A DNA stretch of 39,920 nucleotides from Verrucomicrobiota bacterium (GTDB lineage: Bacteria; Verrucomicrobiota; Verrucomicrobiia; Opitutales; Cerasicoccaceae): NCBI GenBank assembly GCA_039818205.1, contig JBCBUK010000022.1, positions 1-39,920 on the forward strand. The letters are read 5' to 3'. The notes under the pieces were generated by a model. The model saw only the letters and a program-made list of their open reading frames with translations. It had not been told where the DNA came from and searched no databases. The translations under genes and the position numbers were made by a program. This document shows positions 1-8,376 of this stretch, piece after piece; within the stretch, counting starts at the first letter, position 1, and each line of letters opens with the position of its first letter.

Positions 1-2
1 TC

Positions 3-470
3 CAAAACCGCACTGAATTCTCTTCCTCGTTTGCCCCAAGCGGACTTGGAGACGCTGAACTATATGTTAACCGATCCGAATCTCTCGGGGTCGATAAAAA
101 TACAGTTCTCGATGCTCCGGTTGGAACAGGAATCATCGTCAAAAGTCTTAATGAGTCATCGGGTCGAGATCTCGCTGGACAAATCAACGCCAACACAGGA
201 CTCCGGCAGGCGGAGCTTGAAGGTGTTGGACAGCTCTTCCAAATCGAGGGCCAGACGAGGCAAATGATTTACCAAGCGCGTGTGGGCATGGTTGTCGATC
301 TCGTCGCTACGACCACCGACGGGTTAAAGGAAGTTGCTGGAAAGATCATCGATGCTTCACCGTGGGGCCTGGCGTCTAACGCAACCGACCTTGTGCGAGA
401 TATCACCGTACAAACCTTCGACGGGACCCAAGAAGAATACACGCTAATCGCGCCAAAGGGAGATGCCTAG
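3..470 (+). CDS. Hypothetical protein, 5'-truncated at the window edge (at least 155 aa)
   Basis: The frame of ORF 264..470 is open without a stop from position 3 (QNRTEFSSSFAPSGLGDAELY...), so the gene starts left of the window. Confidence 0.7.
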   Translation, partial: QNRTEFSSSFAPSGLGDAELYVNRSESLGVDKNTVLDAPVGTGIIVKSLNESSGRDLAGQINANTGLRQAELEGVGQLFQIEGQTRQMIYQARVGMVVDLVATTTDGLKEVAGKIIDASPWGLASNATDLVRDITVQTFDGTQEEYTLIAPKGDA

Positions 471-639
471 CGGTTCGTTCAGTTTCGCATTGTTGGCGGT
501 GTTGGTCCTTGGGCTGATGCTCGCCTACAATGCTCTCTGCATCGTCCATAATCATGTGGCACCCTTTACTCCTTGGGAAGAAATGCAAACGATCGCTGCG
601 CTGGCAATTGCATGGTGGGCGAGGGGGAAGGCCAAATGA
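463..639 (+). CDS. Small two-segment membrane protein (58 aa), holin-like; missing from the ORF track
   Basis: ATG463..TGA639 encodes MPSGSFSFALLAVLVLGLMLAYNALCIVHNHVAPFTPWEEMQTIAALAIAWWARGKAK; it overlaps the upstream stop and is ATGA-coupled to the next gene. Confidence 0.6.
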   Translation: MPSGSFSFALLAVLVLGLMLAYNALCIVHNHVAPFTPWEEMQTIAALAIAWWARGKAK

Positions 640-860
640 ACTTTGTTTTTCAATACCTGGTGATCCTATTTGAGCGCAAGCCGTCCGTTGGTTGGGTGGG
701 GTCGTTTCTCGCAACTAGCGGCGGCGTCTACTCTTTCATGGAACACACCATAAACGTTCTGACGATCATTACGCTGCTAATCGGAATCATCACTGGCGGC
801 ATTACGCTTTATCTGCAAATCCGGACACTCCGTGAAAAGAATCGCTCATCACGCAAATGA
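636..860 (+). CDS. Small membrane protein (74 aa), holin-like
   Basis: ATG at 636 in an ATGA overlap; hydrophobic segment INVLTIITLLIGIITGGITLYL followed by a basic tail. Confidence 0.6.
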   Translation: MNFVFQYLVILFERKPSVGWVGSFLATSGGVYSFMEHTINVLTIITLLIGIITGGITLYLQIRTLREKNRSSRK

Positions 861-925
861 TGCCAAGACCGCCGAAAGAATAGCCGCTGGAGAGCACTGG
901 CCGAATGCGTGCGTCCACTTGAAAT

Positions 926-955
926 GCTGCCTTAGACATGGGCAGCTTTTTCTTT
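926..955 (+). terminator. Rho-independent terminator
   Basis: GCTGCC-ttagacatg-GGCAGC followed by TTTTTCTTT. Confidence 0.7.
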
Positions 956-1001
956 GGGAAGCGTGCAAGGCCGTAGGTACACTATTTCAGGAAAGGAAAC
1001 C

Positions 1002-1847
1002 ATGAAAGTAACACGAGAGAACGACGCGATCGTCATTGATATTGATTTTGATCACTCAAAACCGAACTGGTTTTTGTTGAATAGCGATCGGCACTGGGAC
1101 AACCCGTCAAGTGATCAGGCGATGATGAAGCGCCATCTTGAAAAGGCCAGGGAGCGCAATGCACCGGTCTTAGATTTCGGTGACTTCTTCTGCGCGATGC
1201 AAGGAAAGTATGACAAGCGAAGCAACAAGAGTAGCATTCGCCCGGAGCACCAAAACGGGAACTATCTTGATTCACTCGTAGAGACGGCGGTGGACTTTCT
1301 GAACCCATACCGGGATTTGCTCGCCTTCATGGGTCCCGGCAACCATGAGACATCGATTCAGGATCGCCATGAAACAGATCTAACCGAGCGTCTGGTTGCC
1401 TTGCTGCGGTCCAATGGTAGCCAGGTCTGCAAACACCGTTACTCAGGATTTACCCGCCTAAATTTTCGCCGCAAAGACGGGCGAGTCAGGGGCTCTAAAG
1501 TAATGTGGCACACGCACGGATATGGCGGAGGCGGTCCAGTAACCAAGGACGTGATCCAGGCCAGCCGACAAGGGGTTTTCCTTGAAGGGGTCGACCTTGT
1601 TGTCTCAGGGCACACTCACGACGCTTGGGTCATGCCACAAGCAACACGGGCGTTAACCTGCAAAAACCGCATCGTCGAGAGTGAGCGCTTGCACGTCAAG
1701 ATTCCCTCAGCCAAGAATAAACACGGCAAGGATAGTTGGGAAGACTTGAAAGGAATGCCACCCAAGCCAATCGGCGCCTACTGGCTGAAGGCCGAGTTCA
1801 GCAGCGTTCACGATGCCATATTCCTAGACGTCGAGCGGGCGCGGTAA
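1002..1847 (+). CDS. Calcineurin-like metallophosphoesterase
   Basis: Motifs DxH (SDRH), GD (FGDFF), GNHE, HG and GHTH; AGGA upstream of ATG1002. Confidence 0.85.
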   Translation: MKVTRENDAIVIDIDFDHSKPNWFLLNSDRHWDNPSSDQAMMKRHLEKARERNAPVLDFGDFFCAMQGKYDKRSNKSSIRPEHQNGNYLDSLVETAVDFLNPYRDLLAFMGPGNHETSIQDRHETDLTERLVALLRSNGSQVCKHRYSGFTRLNFRRKDGRVRGSKVMWHTHGYGGGGPVTKDVIQASRQGVFLEGVDLVVSGHTHDAWVMPQATRALTCKNRIVESERLHVKIPSAKNKHGKDSWEDLKGMPPKPIGAYWLKAEFSSVHDAIFLDVERAR

Positions 1848-3023
1848 TCAAGGCAGTATTTTCCCGTAGGCCTGGGCATCGCGCTTAGTTGCAACGCCCT
1901 TGTAGCTGTCCCATATCTCCGTCGCCTGACGGTGGCCTGCAAGCTCGGACGCAACACCGCTATGGCCGTCGAGGGCGCAACGGTAGGTGAGGGCGGAATA
2001 TCGCATTACATTCTTTTCCTTTTTGATGCCCGCTTTTCTGAATGCGCCCGCGATTAGAAACTCCTGATGCTTCTGATCGAGCGCACACATCGCCTTGAGG
2101 TTTGCCCGCTCCAGCCAGGGCCAAAGATTAGGGAAGGCCAAGCTGTCCGTTATTAGGTGCGTATTCTCCGTTTTGAACTTCTCGACCGGCATATAGATTT
2201 CATGGTCCTTGAGTCGGATTTCTTGAGGTTCGAGCCGAGACATGCTGGCCGCTCGGATCCCTGCAAATGCTCGAAGGGCTAACAGCGCACAAGTCTCCCG
2301 CTCTGCCTTGTTGGCCGAGAATAGTTTCTTCGCGTCGTCGATCGGCAGGATTGGCTTTGTCTGCTTCCGGACGCGCTTGAGTCGTAACCCCTCGGTCGGA
2401 ATCGAATCGACCGCTTGCAACTGCTCGAGGCCGAAACGGTAAGCGGCGCGAACATAGTTGCGATAGTTGCGTTGGGTAACGGCGTTGTCGCTCACCTGGT
2501 CAATCCAGTCTTGAAGTTGGTCCCTCGAAATTGACGAGGCTGGCGTTTCATCGCCGAAGGTCGCGCAGAACCGATCAAATAAAACCGTTCGAAGGTGAGA
2601 AAGGTAATCCTTGCTCGCATCCTGGCGGAATTGCCGGTCATGAATGAATTCGTCACACATCTTCCGCAGTGTGACCGCCTTTCGGGCCTTTCTGGGTAGG
2701 GAGGCCAGGCGGGCGAGGGCATCTTCGGGCGATTCGTAGCCAAGCTGCCGGCACTCTGCCTTGAGGTTTATCCAGCGTTTCCACTCGAAGGCGTTGAACT
2801 CATCAACCCGAGTCATGTTCTCAAGGGCGATGGCAAATTCGTCACGTTCCTCTTTAGTTGCAAACGTTCGACGAACCGGGTTCTTCTTACCCTCGACATT
2901 GTAGGAAACGCCATAAGGAGCGCTGGGCCGTTCTTTTCTGAAAAAATACTTTGGCGCTCCGACTACCTGGTGTATGATTTGGTGTTCCATCTGGTGTATG
3001 CCTGGTGTATAAGATGCATACAA
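1848..3023 (-). CDS. int: Tyrosine recombinase/integrase (true start possibly ATG 2990)
   Basis: AGIR, KT, NxxR-Y-S in place of HxxR, LAGH and terminal Tyr (DSYK); SAM-like central domain; adjacent to a tRNA-derived att site. Confidence 0.9.
   Translation of the reverse strand: MYASYTPGIHQMEHQIIHQVVGAPKYFFRKERPSAPYGVSYNVEGKKNPVRRTFATKEERDEFAIALENMTRVDEFNAFEWKRWINLKAECRQLGYESPEDALARLASLPRKARKAVTLRKMCDEFIHDRQFRQDASKDYLSHLRTVLFDRFCATFGDETPASSISRDQLQDWIDQVSDNAVTQRNYRNYVRAAYRFGLEQLQAVDSIPTEGLRLKRVRKQTKPILPIDDAKKLFSANKAERETCALLALRAFAGIRAASMSRLEPQEIRLKDHEIYMPVEKFKTENTHLITDSLAFPNLWPWLERANLKAMCALDQKHQEFLIAGAFRKAGIKKEKNVMRYSALTYRCALDGHSGVASELAGHRQATEIWDSYKGVATKRDAQAYGKILP
2966..3010. repeat. Four direct repeats TGGTGT(AT), probable integrase arm-type sites
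   Basis: TGGTGT starts at 2968, 2980, 2992 and 3003 (spacing 12, 12, 11). Confidence 0.7.
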
Positions 3024-3096
3024 ATATAGACATTACGCGACAAGATGAAAAAATCGCCGATACCCCCAATCCCTTTAGTGGTCTAGGTTTGCGCAT

Positions 3097-3125
3097 AAAT
3101 AAAGGCCTAGCGGCGAACTAGACCT
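3097..3125 (-). terminator. Terminator following the tRNA 3' end
   Basis: Minus strand AGGTCTAG-ttcgccg-CTAGGCCT then TTATTT. Confidence 0.65.
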
Positions 3126-3132
3126 AAAGAGG

Positions 3133-3193
<61 letters not shown>

Positions 3194-3209
3194 ACACACA
3201 TTTGTTGAT

Positions 3210-3222
3210 AATCAATGACTTA
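3210..3222 (+). promoter_or_regulatory. IHF binding site in the att arm
   Basis: AATCAATGACTTA is an exact match to WATCAANNNNTTR. Confidence 0.65.
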
Positions 3223-3251
3223 AGACTTATTCGGTATCTAATGGTATCAGT

Positions 3252-3686
3252 TTAATCTTCAATCAATCCATTTCCACCCGTAACCTTTAGTCGATCTCGA
3301 ATTGCTGAGAGCTCATTTTGGGCCTTGTTAAACTCAGTGCGCAGCGAGTTCAATTCTGTAATCAATGCAGCATTCAAAGCAACCTGATTACCGAGTTCAA
3401 TGGCGATAGCATCCAAATTTGAATCGATATCGCCCAACCTGGAATCCACGTCTGACTTGCTGGCAGCATCACCAGCCCCGCCAGCCCCATCGGTTCCAGC
3501 GACGGCGCTCGACACGTCTGTGATCGTTGGCTGGGTTATATTGTCTTTCGACTCCCCAGAAACCTGCGCCGAGGCAATGGCCACCGCCGCTTGGCGCGAT
3601 ACGCGAACTAGCTGACCCTCAATGTTCATCAGAATGTCTCCATCCTGGGCACCGCTCATATTTGCTGTGAGATATGCTTTTGCCAT
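3252..3686 (-). CDS. Short coiled-coil virion or fibre-like protein
   Basis: Last gene of the tail operon; heptad-rich C-terminus ending L..GLI. Confidence 0.55.
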   Translation of the reverse strand: MAKAYLTANMSGAQDGDILMNIEGQLVRVSRQAAVAIASAQVSGESKDNITQPTITDVSSAVAGTDGAGGAGDAASKSDVDSRLGDIDSNLDAIAIELGNQVALNAALITELNSLRTEFNKAQNELSAIRDRLKVTGGNGLIED

Positions 3687-5614
3687 CAGTAGGTGTTTTC
3701 TGGAGTGATCGGAATTACGCCGGAATCATCTACTGCCAGCTCAAGTTCATGGTCGATGGCCTCATTGAAAGGTAGCTGATCGCGAGCAGCAACGAGAGCC
3801 GCGCGATAAGTAATCGTCCTTCCTGTTACTGTTGGCCTTCCGGCAATCACTTCAAAGCCTCGCCGAAAAAATAAAGGGATTGAATGGCGGTTGATTAAGT
3901 AAGCAGGAGAACCTTCTGCATGCGTCAATCTCGATGTTCCAAATCGCGCCCTCAAAACGTGAACGGGCGTCTCTCCTGCGATTGGCGATTCGAGACTCTT
4001 GACCGTTAGAATCTCAAAATTCTTCGTGTCATTTTCATCGATAATAAAAAGCAGCAGATTGTCGTCAGCAATCTCCTCATCCGTTTGCGTTCCAGGAATA
4101 TCATCGAAGCCAATCGGTTCATTAGACGAATATTCCCCAATAAGCAGATTGCCGCTTTCATCGTCCAAAGATTCGCTGTCGAGATATTCTGCTGCCAGCC
4201 GAACCGGCACCGCAAAATTAAGAACCCTGCCGAGCTGAGTGAATACAGCCGAACCAAAAAAACGAAACCACAATCTCGCATAAATAAGAGAGCCCTGTTC
4301 TTTGCCCAAAAGAGCAATGACGTGATAAGGCTCGCCGCCCGTCAATTCAGATGGAGCCTGCAAGAGGTGGATGTAATTCATATTCTCAAGCTCCTCATCC
4401 TCAACGGAGCTAGGGTCATCGGGCTCAGCAGCAGCGAGGATAGGCGCTATCAATCTTTCTGACTCAACCTTACAAGAAACGGCGCTGCCCGTATCAGAGA
4501 ATCCGCTCGTCTCAGTAATTCGCATCACCGCACGATAATTCCAAGGCTCGTATTCAAAGATAAAATTCGACCCCTCACGCAGGCCTTTTGCCGCCAAAAC
4601 CTCTTCGCGAATGGAAAGTGTCTGCTCATCATAAGGCGTGGATTCACGGTCATAAAACTCAGAGACCTTTGCCGCCGCCTGAGGCCATGCACGGGTGATC
4701 CATGCGCGATCCGCCTTGGTCGCTTCGCGCGTCTCGGCAGAATCATGGCGCGATAGATAGGGCGGAGAAATCCAGTTCTCCTCATAAGCTAGAGCGCGAT
4801 CCTCGAAAGACATTTCATAGCCGCTGGACACATCAATTTCAGTGTTGGGCTCCCAGGTAGGACGAGATGTCAAATCATGCTGAGTGATGACTGGCAATCC
4901 AGCAGGCTCACCAGTCCCCCTCAAGAATCGGCCAGCTTCAACCGTGCCCATGTCTCCAATCCGAAACCAGGTGTCTGCATAACCGTTGATCTCTTCGATG
5001 TAGTTTTTGACAGTCATGCGAGAATTCAGTTGAGGCGACAGATACTCAGTATCCTTTGCGAGCTCCAACTCTTCGGCAATCGCTTGCCAGCTGGCCTGAT
5101 CCAGTAATTCTGGTGGTAATCCGGCGCCCGCAACTTCACTGGTGAAAGCTTCCGCCAAAGCGGCAATCGGGTTGCATTGTCCATCATCTAGATCAGCCAC
5201 GCTTGCGGTAACAATTGCCTGATCGGCTTTGCGCCGATAGACAACTTTAATGTCCGCAACCGACAATCGCTCAAATCCATTGTAGAAATTCTCAAGCACC
5301 AGCAACGGGCGATGGCGATAGGCAGGATGATCGCGCCCCGGCTTGGTCAGAACAGGATCAGTCAACACTTGGTCATCAGTTCCCCAATACCAATAAGCCG
5401 TTGGCGTTCGCAAGGGTATCGAGAACTGATAGGGATTAGAACTCGACTCCTTCGTAACCGGATTTTCCGGCTTCCAGACACTCTGCGAATCAACAATGAT
5501 CTCCAGCAGCTCGCTCGCCTCACCAATCCCGAAAACACCCGCGAATGATGCGAAATAATCATGTCCGATGGGTTGCCCGCCGCCACCGCCGCCGCCTTTA
5601 CCTCCGCCGCTCAT
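3686..5614 (-). CDS. Tail tip/central fibre protein (GTA/gpJ-like)
   Basis: N-terminal GGGKGGG, HPAYR, NPIAAL and LRARFGT motifs typical of putative phage tail proteins; position after NlpC/P60. Confidence 0.8.
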   Translation of the reverse strand: MSGGGKGGGGGGGQPIGHDYFASFAGVFGIGEASELLEIIVDSQSVWKPENPVTKESSSNPYQFSIPLRTPTAYWYWGTDDQVLTDPVLTKPGRDHPAYRHRPLLVLENFYNGFERLSVADIKVVYRRKADQAIVTASVADLDDGQCNPIAALAEAFTSEVAGAGLPPELLDQASWQAIAEELELAKDTEYLSPQLNSRMTVKNYIEEINGYADTWFRIGDMGTVEAGRFLRGTGEPAGLPVITQHDLTSRPTWEPNTEIDVSSGYEMSFEDRALAYEENWISPPYLSRHDSAETREATKADRAWITRAWPQAAAKVSEFYDRESTPYDEQTLSIREEVLAAKGLREGSNFIFEYEPWNYRAVMRITETSGFSDTGSAVSCKVESERLIAPILAAAEPDDPSSVEDEELENMNYIHLLQAPSELTGGEPYHVIALLGKEQGSLIYARLWFRFFGSAVFTQLGRVLNFAVPVRLAAEYLDSESLDDESGNLLIGEYSSNEPIGFDDIPGTQTDEEIADDNLLLFIIDENDTKNFEILTVKSLESPIAGETPVHVLRARFGTSRLTHAEGSPAYLINRHSIPLFFRRGFEVIAGRPTVTGRTITYRAALVAARDQLPFNEAIDHELELAVDDSGVIPITPENTY

Positions 5615-5814
5615 TTCTTCTGACTCCCTCCCTGCGATAGTCTCACTACCGATTTTTGATCATAGATAGCGCCAATCCAGATCGCCTGCACCGGTCGAGT
5701 TCCCAGGTGTATCGGATAATGCTTGTTTTGATTCGTCCCCGTGTCTGTCGGCGAAATATTCGCGACAAGGTTGGGCTTATCCGGCCCGCTGCTTGATCCA
5801 TGTAAACTACTCAT
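5611..5814 (-). CDS. Small tail-tip assembly protein
   Basis: PT...YPIHLGT..V motif; overlaps both neighbouring genes. Confidence 0.55.
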   Translation of the reverse strand: MSSLHGSSSGPDKPNLVANISPTDTGTNQNKHYPIHLGTRPVQAIWIGAIYDQKSVVRLSQGGSQKK

Positions 5815-6295
5815 GACGTGCCCATTCTTCGATAATCCGCCAGTGGCCGATCAGCTTATTCGACCAGGATGGATCACGCAAATTGCGGATCACCACTCCC
5901 GGGCCAGAAATACAAGTAATAATACAATCCTCTTGCTCACCGTATTCGCCAAGATAACCAGCCATATGATACTCACCATTGCCCGCTTTTCCCGTTAGCA
6001 AGTCGCCAACTTCGTATTCCCCATCTTGAACCTCCTCGAATTCAGGTCTATTTTTTAAGAATCGATACATCGTGGCTATTTGCCTCTGAGCGGCCACTTG
6101 AGACATGCCGCGCGGAACGGGGAAATCGGAGCCGAGCGCGCCGCAAGCAATATGAATGCTTGCCTGCAAATTGTGGCAATCGACAAACTTTCCTTTCGCT
6201 TTGGCGTTTGTCCGAAACTTCGTATCGAGCCATGATTCAGCCTCCTGGATAAAATTACGCTGTCGATGACGTTGCGAATAATACCATTCAATCAT
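5807..6295 (-). CDS. NlpC/P60-family tail-associated peptidase
   Basis: W(L)DT.F, DC catalytic Cys (FVDCH), GDLL, His (YHMAGY); GTA-type synteny. Confidence 0.75.
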   Translation of the reverse strand: MIEWYYSQRHRQRNFIQEAESWLDTKFRTNAKAKGKFVDCHNLQASIHIACGALGSDFPVPRGMSQVAAQRQIATMYRFLKNRPEFEEVQDGEYEVGDLLTGKAGNGEYHMAGYLGEYGEQEDCIITCISGPGVVIRNLRDPSWSNKLIGHWRIIEEWARHE

Positions 6296-8376
6296 TTTTT
6301 ACCTCCAGAGTTTCCGCCAGGTATATCGACCTTGACTAAGGACAGGTTTGCCAAAGCAACCTGAGCGCCACCCCAGTTGTCGGCGTTATCAAATTTACCT
6401 CGTGGATTGTCAGCCGCATGATAGGCTTTGCAGGTTCCAAATTGACCATCGCAGCCCGGAATTAAATCCACAGGATCACCAAGCTCAAAAAACGTTTCCG
6501 GGTCACGATCCAGGACAACCGTGAGCGATCCGTCAATGATCGCATTCGAAGACTTAATGCGGATTTCCTCACCCCCTACGTTGCGCAGAATCCCACCAGC
6601 AAACCAATCCTGAAATCCAAATCCATCAGGAAGCGCACCGCCATTCGAACGGGTAAAGTTTTCCAGTGTCAAGCTGTAGGGGTATCCAGGCGCCCCAGGA
6701 TCTTGGACATCAGCGCCAAATGTCCAATCACTTTCCAGCAGCTTGCACAGTCCGCCAAATAACTTCCACGCCGGGGGACACACCCGCGCCGCCCGATGCT
6801 GCGGTATGAGGATGTCCAATGCACTCCATAGGCCACACTGAACCGAAACTCGGTTTCCATTGACGATTGGTTTTTTCACCCGGCCATTGAATTCCACACG
6901 CGCATTGCTCGCCGCAGACCCGTTCACATCGACACGTTGAATCAGCACCTCGACCGATTTCACTTTTTTGTGGCAAAGCTTATCGATGAGCCCGATAGCG
7001 CTCAAATCACAGTCTAGCGCTACACTGTTATCCAGGGTGATTGTCCGGCGAATATTACCATGAGTGATTTTTCCATTGGCCATTTGGAATTCATCGCCAG
7101 CCAGAGAAAGCGGGTATTCATAAGACGTGTATCGCTCGACCGTGTCGCCGCTTTTCAGCGTGTAGAGACTGGCGCGAATCGACTGAGCTCCGATTGTTTG
7201 ACCAACCACTTCACCATCGGGAAGGGTTGTTTCTGTAGGCAACTCTCGAAACTCAATCTTCGACTCCACACAATCCGGCTCCACCCACCGGAGCTTCAGC
7301 TTCTTTCTGGAGAATCGAACAAGGAGTGCCGCCATCACTCGAACAGAGTCAGCCTCCCAGATAGTCCCTGCCTCAATCGGCTCATCGATTTCAATTGTAG
7401 CGGATTCAATCGCCGTCACACGGCGTATCTTTAGCTCACTGCCTCGCTGAAAGGCAACATGTCCAATGTTAGCAAACGAATCGCCATCATTGACGTAAAC
7501 CAAAGTTTGTCCCGAGACGAGATTGCTCGAAAGCTCAGTTCGCACCATGTGGGCAGGAATCCAAAACGGCTCCACAATGCCCCCACGTTCCTTGAAGAAG
7601 CGAAGGACATCGACCCATTCAGGGTCATTAAAAGCAGTGACGCCAAAAGTGACCACATCATAGGGCAACGTGTCGTTATACTCAACGTGGAGCTCTCGCG
7701 CGGCGCCAATGCTGTTTCTCTCAAGCTTCAATACTGAAGCGCCAGCCTGCGGCGCGATGGCGTAATTGATCGACTCAAAAGGGAATAACTTTGGCGAAAT
7801 ACCGGAAACTTCAGATCCCGCCGCAAATTCACCAGGCGAAAACAACAAGGCTTCAGTAGCCTGAGAGGACTCAATGAATTTCACCGAAAATTCATTGCAA
7901 TCCTCGTCTTCGATACTCGGTTCCAGATCCTCAATAAATCCAAACAACAAGGGTGCCGTGCGCGTGGCCTCCGTAACTGGCCATGCCTGCGGTTCTTCCT
8001 CTTTATGTATTTCATAGCTGGAAAAATCCGGCTGGTATTCATCGTCCAGATCGAAAGTTATATTAACGGCGCCGCGAATTCCCAGCGCCCCTTCATCGGT
8101 CATCCTCACGGCGGGCCAGAAAGGCATCGCTACCCGTTCAATACTTTGAGCACGGCGTGTGTCCGCGATTTCTCGCAAATCAAAATCGTCCAGCACACAC
8201 GAGAAATTGAAGGCCTCCACCTTAAGCGCATCGCCATTAGGTGTTCGCGCCTGGCGGTCGCTCAAGCCATTGCTGGACTTGGCGGGCATGGAGAACTCCG
8301 CCTCAGGCGGCGTCCCCCACTCGGGAGGCTCAGTCCACAGAAACAACATTTCAGAATTATATTCTATAGTCTTCAT
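6292..8376 (-). CDS. Fused distal-tail plus hub protein (BR0599/DUF2163-like C-terminus)
   Basis: RFF..RGG....FW.P motif; Cys set RVC...GLC and GCDG..GTC..KFDN..N.GG. Confidence 0.8.
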   Translation of the reverse strand: MKTIEYNSEMLFLWTEPPEWGTPPEAEFSMPAKSSNGLSDRQARTPNGDALKVEAFNFSCVLDDFDLREIADTRRAQSIERVAMPFWPAVRMTDEGALGIRGAVNITFDLDDEYQPDFSSYEIHKEEEPQAWPVTEATRTAPLLFGFIEDLEPSIEDEDCNEFSVKFIESSQATEALLFSPGEFAAGSEVSGISPKLFPFESINYAIAPQAGASVLKLERNSIGAARELHVEYNDTLPYDVVTFGVTAFNDPEWVDVLRFFKERGGIVEPFWIPAHMVRTELSSNLVSGQTLVYVNDGDSFANIGHVAFQRGSELKIRRVTAIESATIEIDEPIEAGTIWEADSVRVMAALLVRFSRKKLKLRWVEPDCVESKIEFRELPTETTLPDGEVVGQTIGAQSIRASLYTLKSGDTVERYTSYEYPLSLAGDEFQMANGKITHGNIRRTITLDNSVALDCDLSAIGLIDKLCHKKVKSVEVLIQRVDVNGSAASNARVEFNGRVKKPIVNGNRVSVQCGLWSALDILIPQHRAARVCPPAWKLFGGLCKLLESDWTFGADVQDPGAPGYPYSLTLENFTRSNGGALPDGFGFQDWFAGGILRNVGGEEIRIKSSNAIIDGSLTVVLDRDPETFFELGDPVDLIPGCDGQFGTCKAYHAADNPRGKFDNADNWGGAQVALANLSLVKVDIPGGNSGGKK

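Noticed and set aside
31..267. ORF-track 78-aa protein
   Set aside because: Probably a shadow of the longer open frame 3..470
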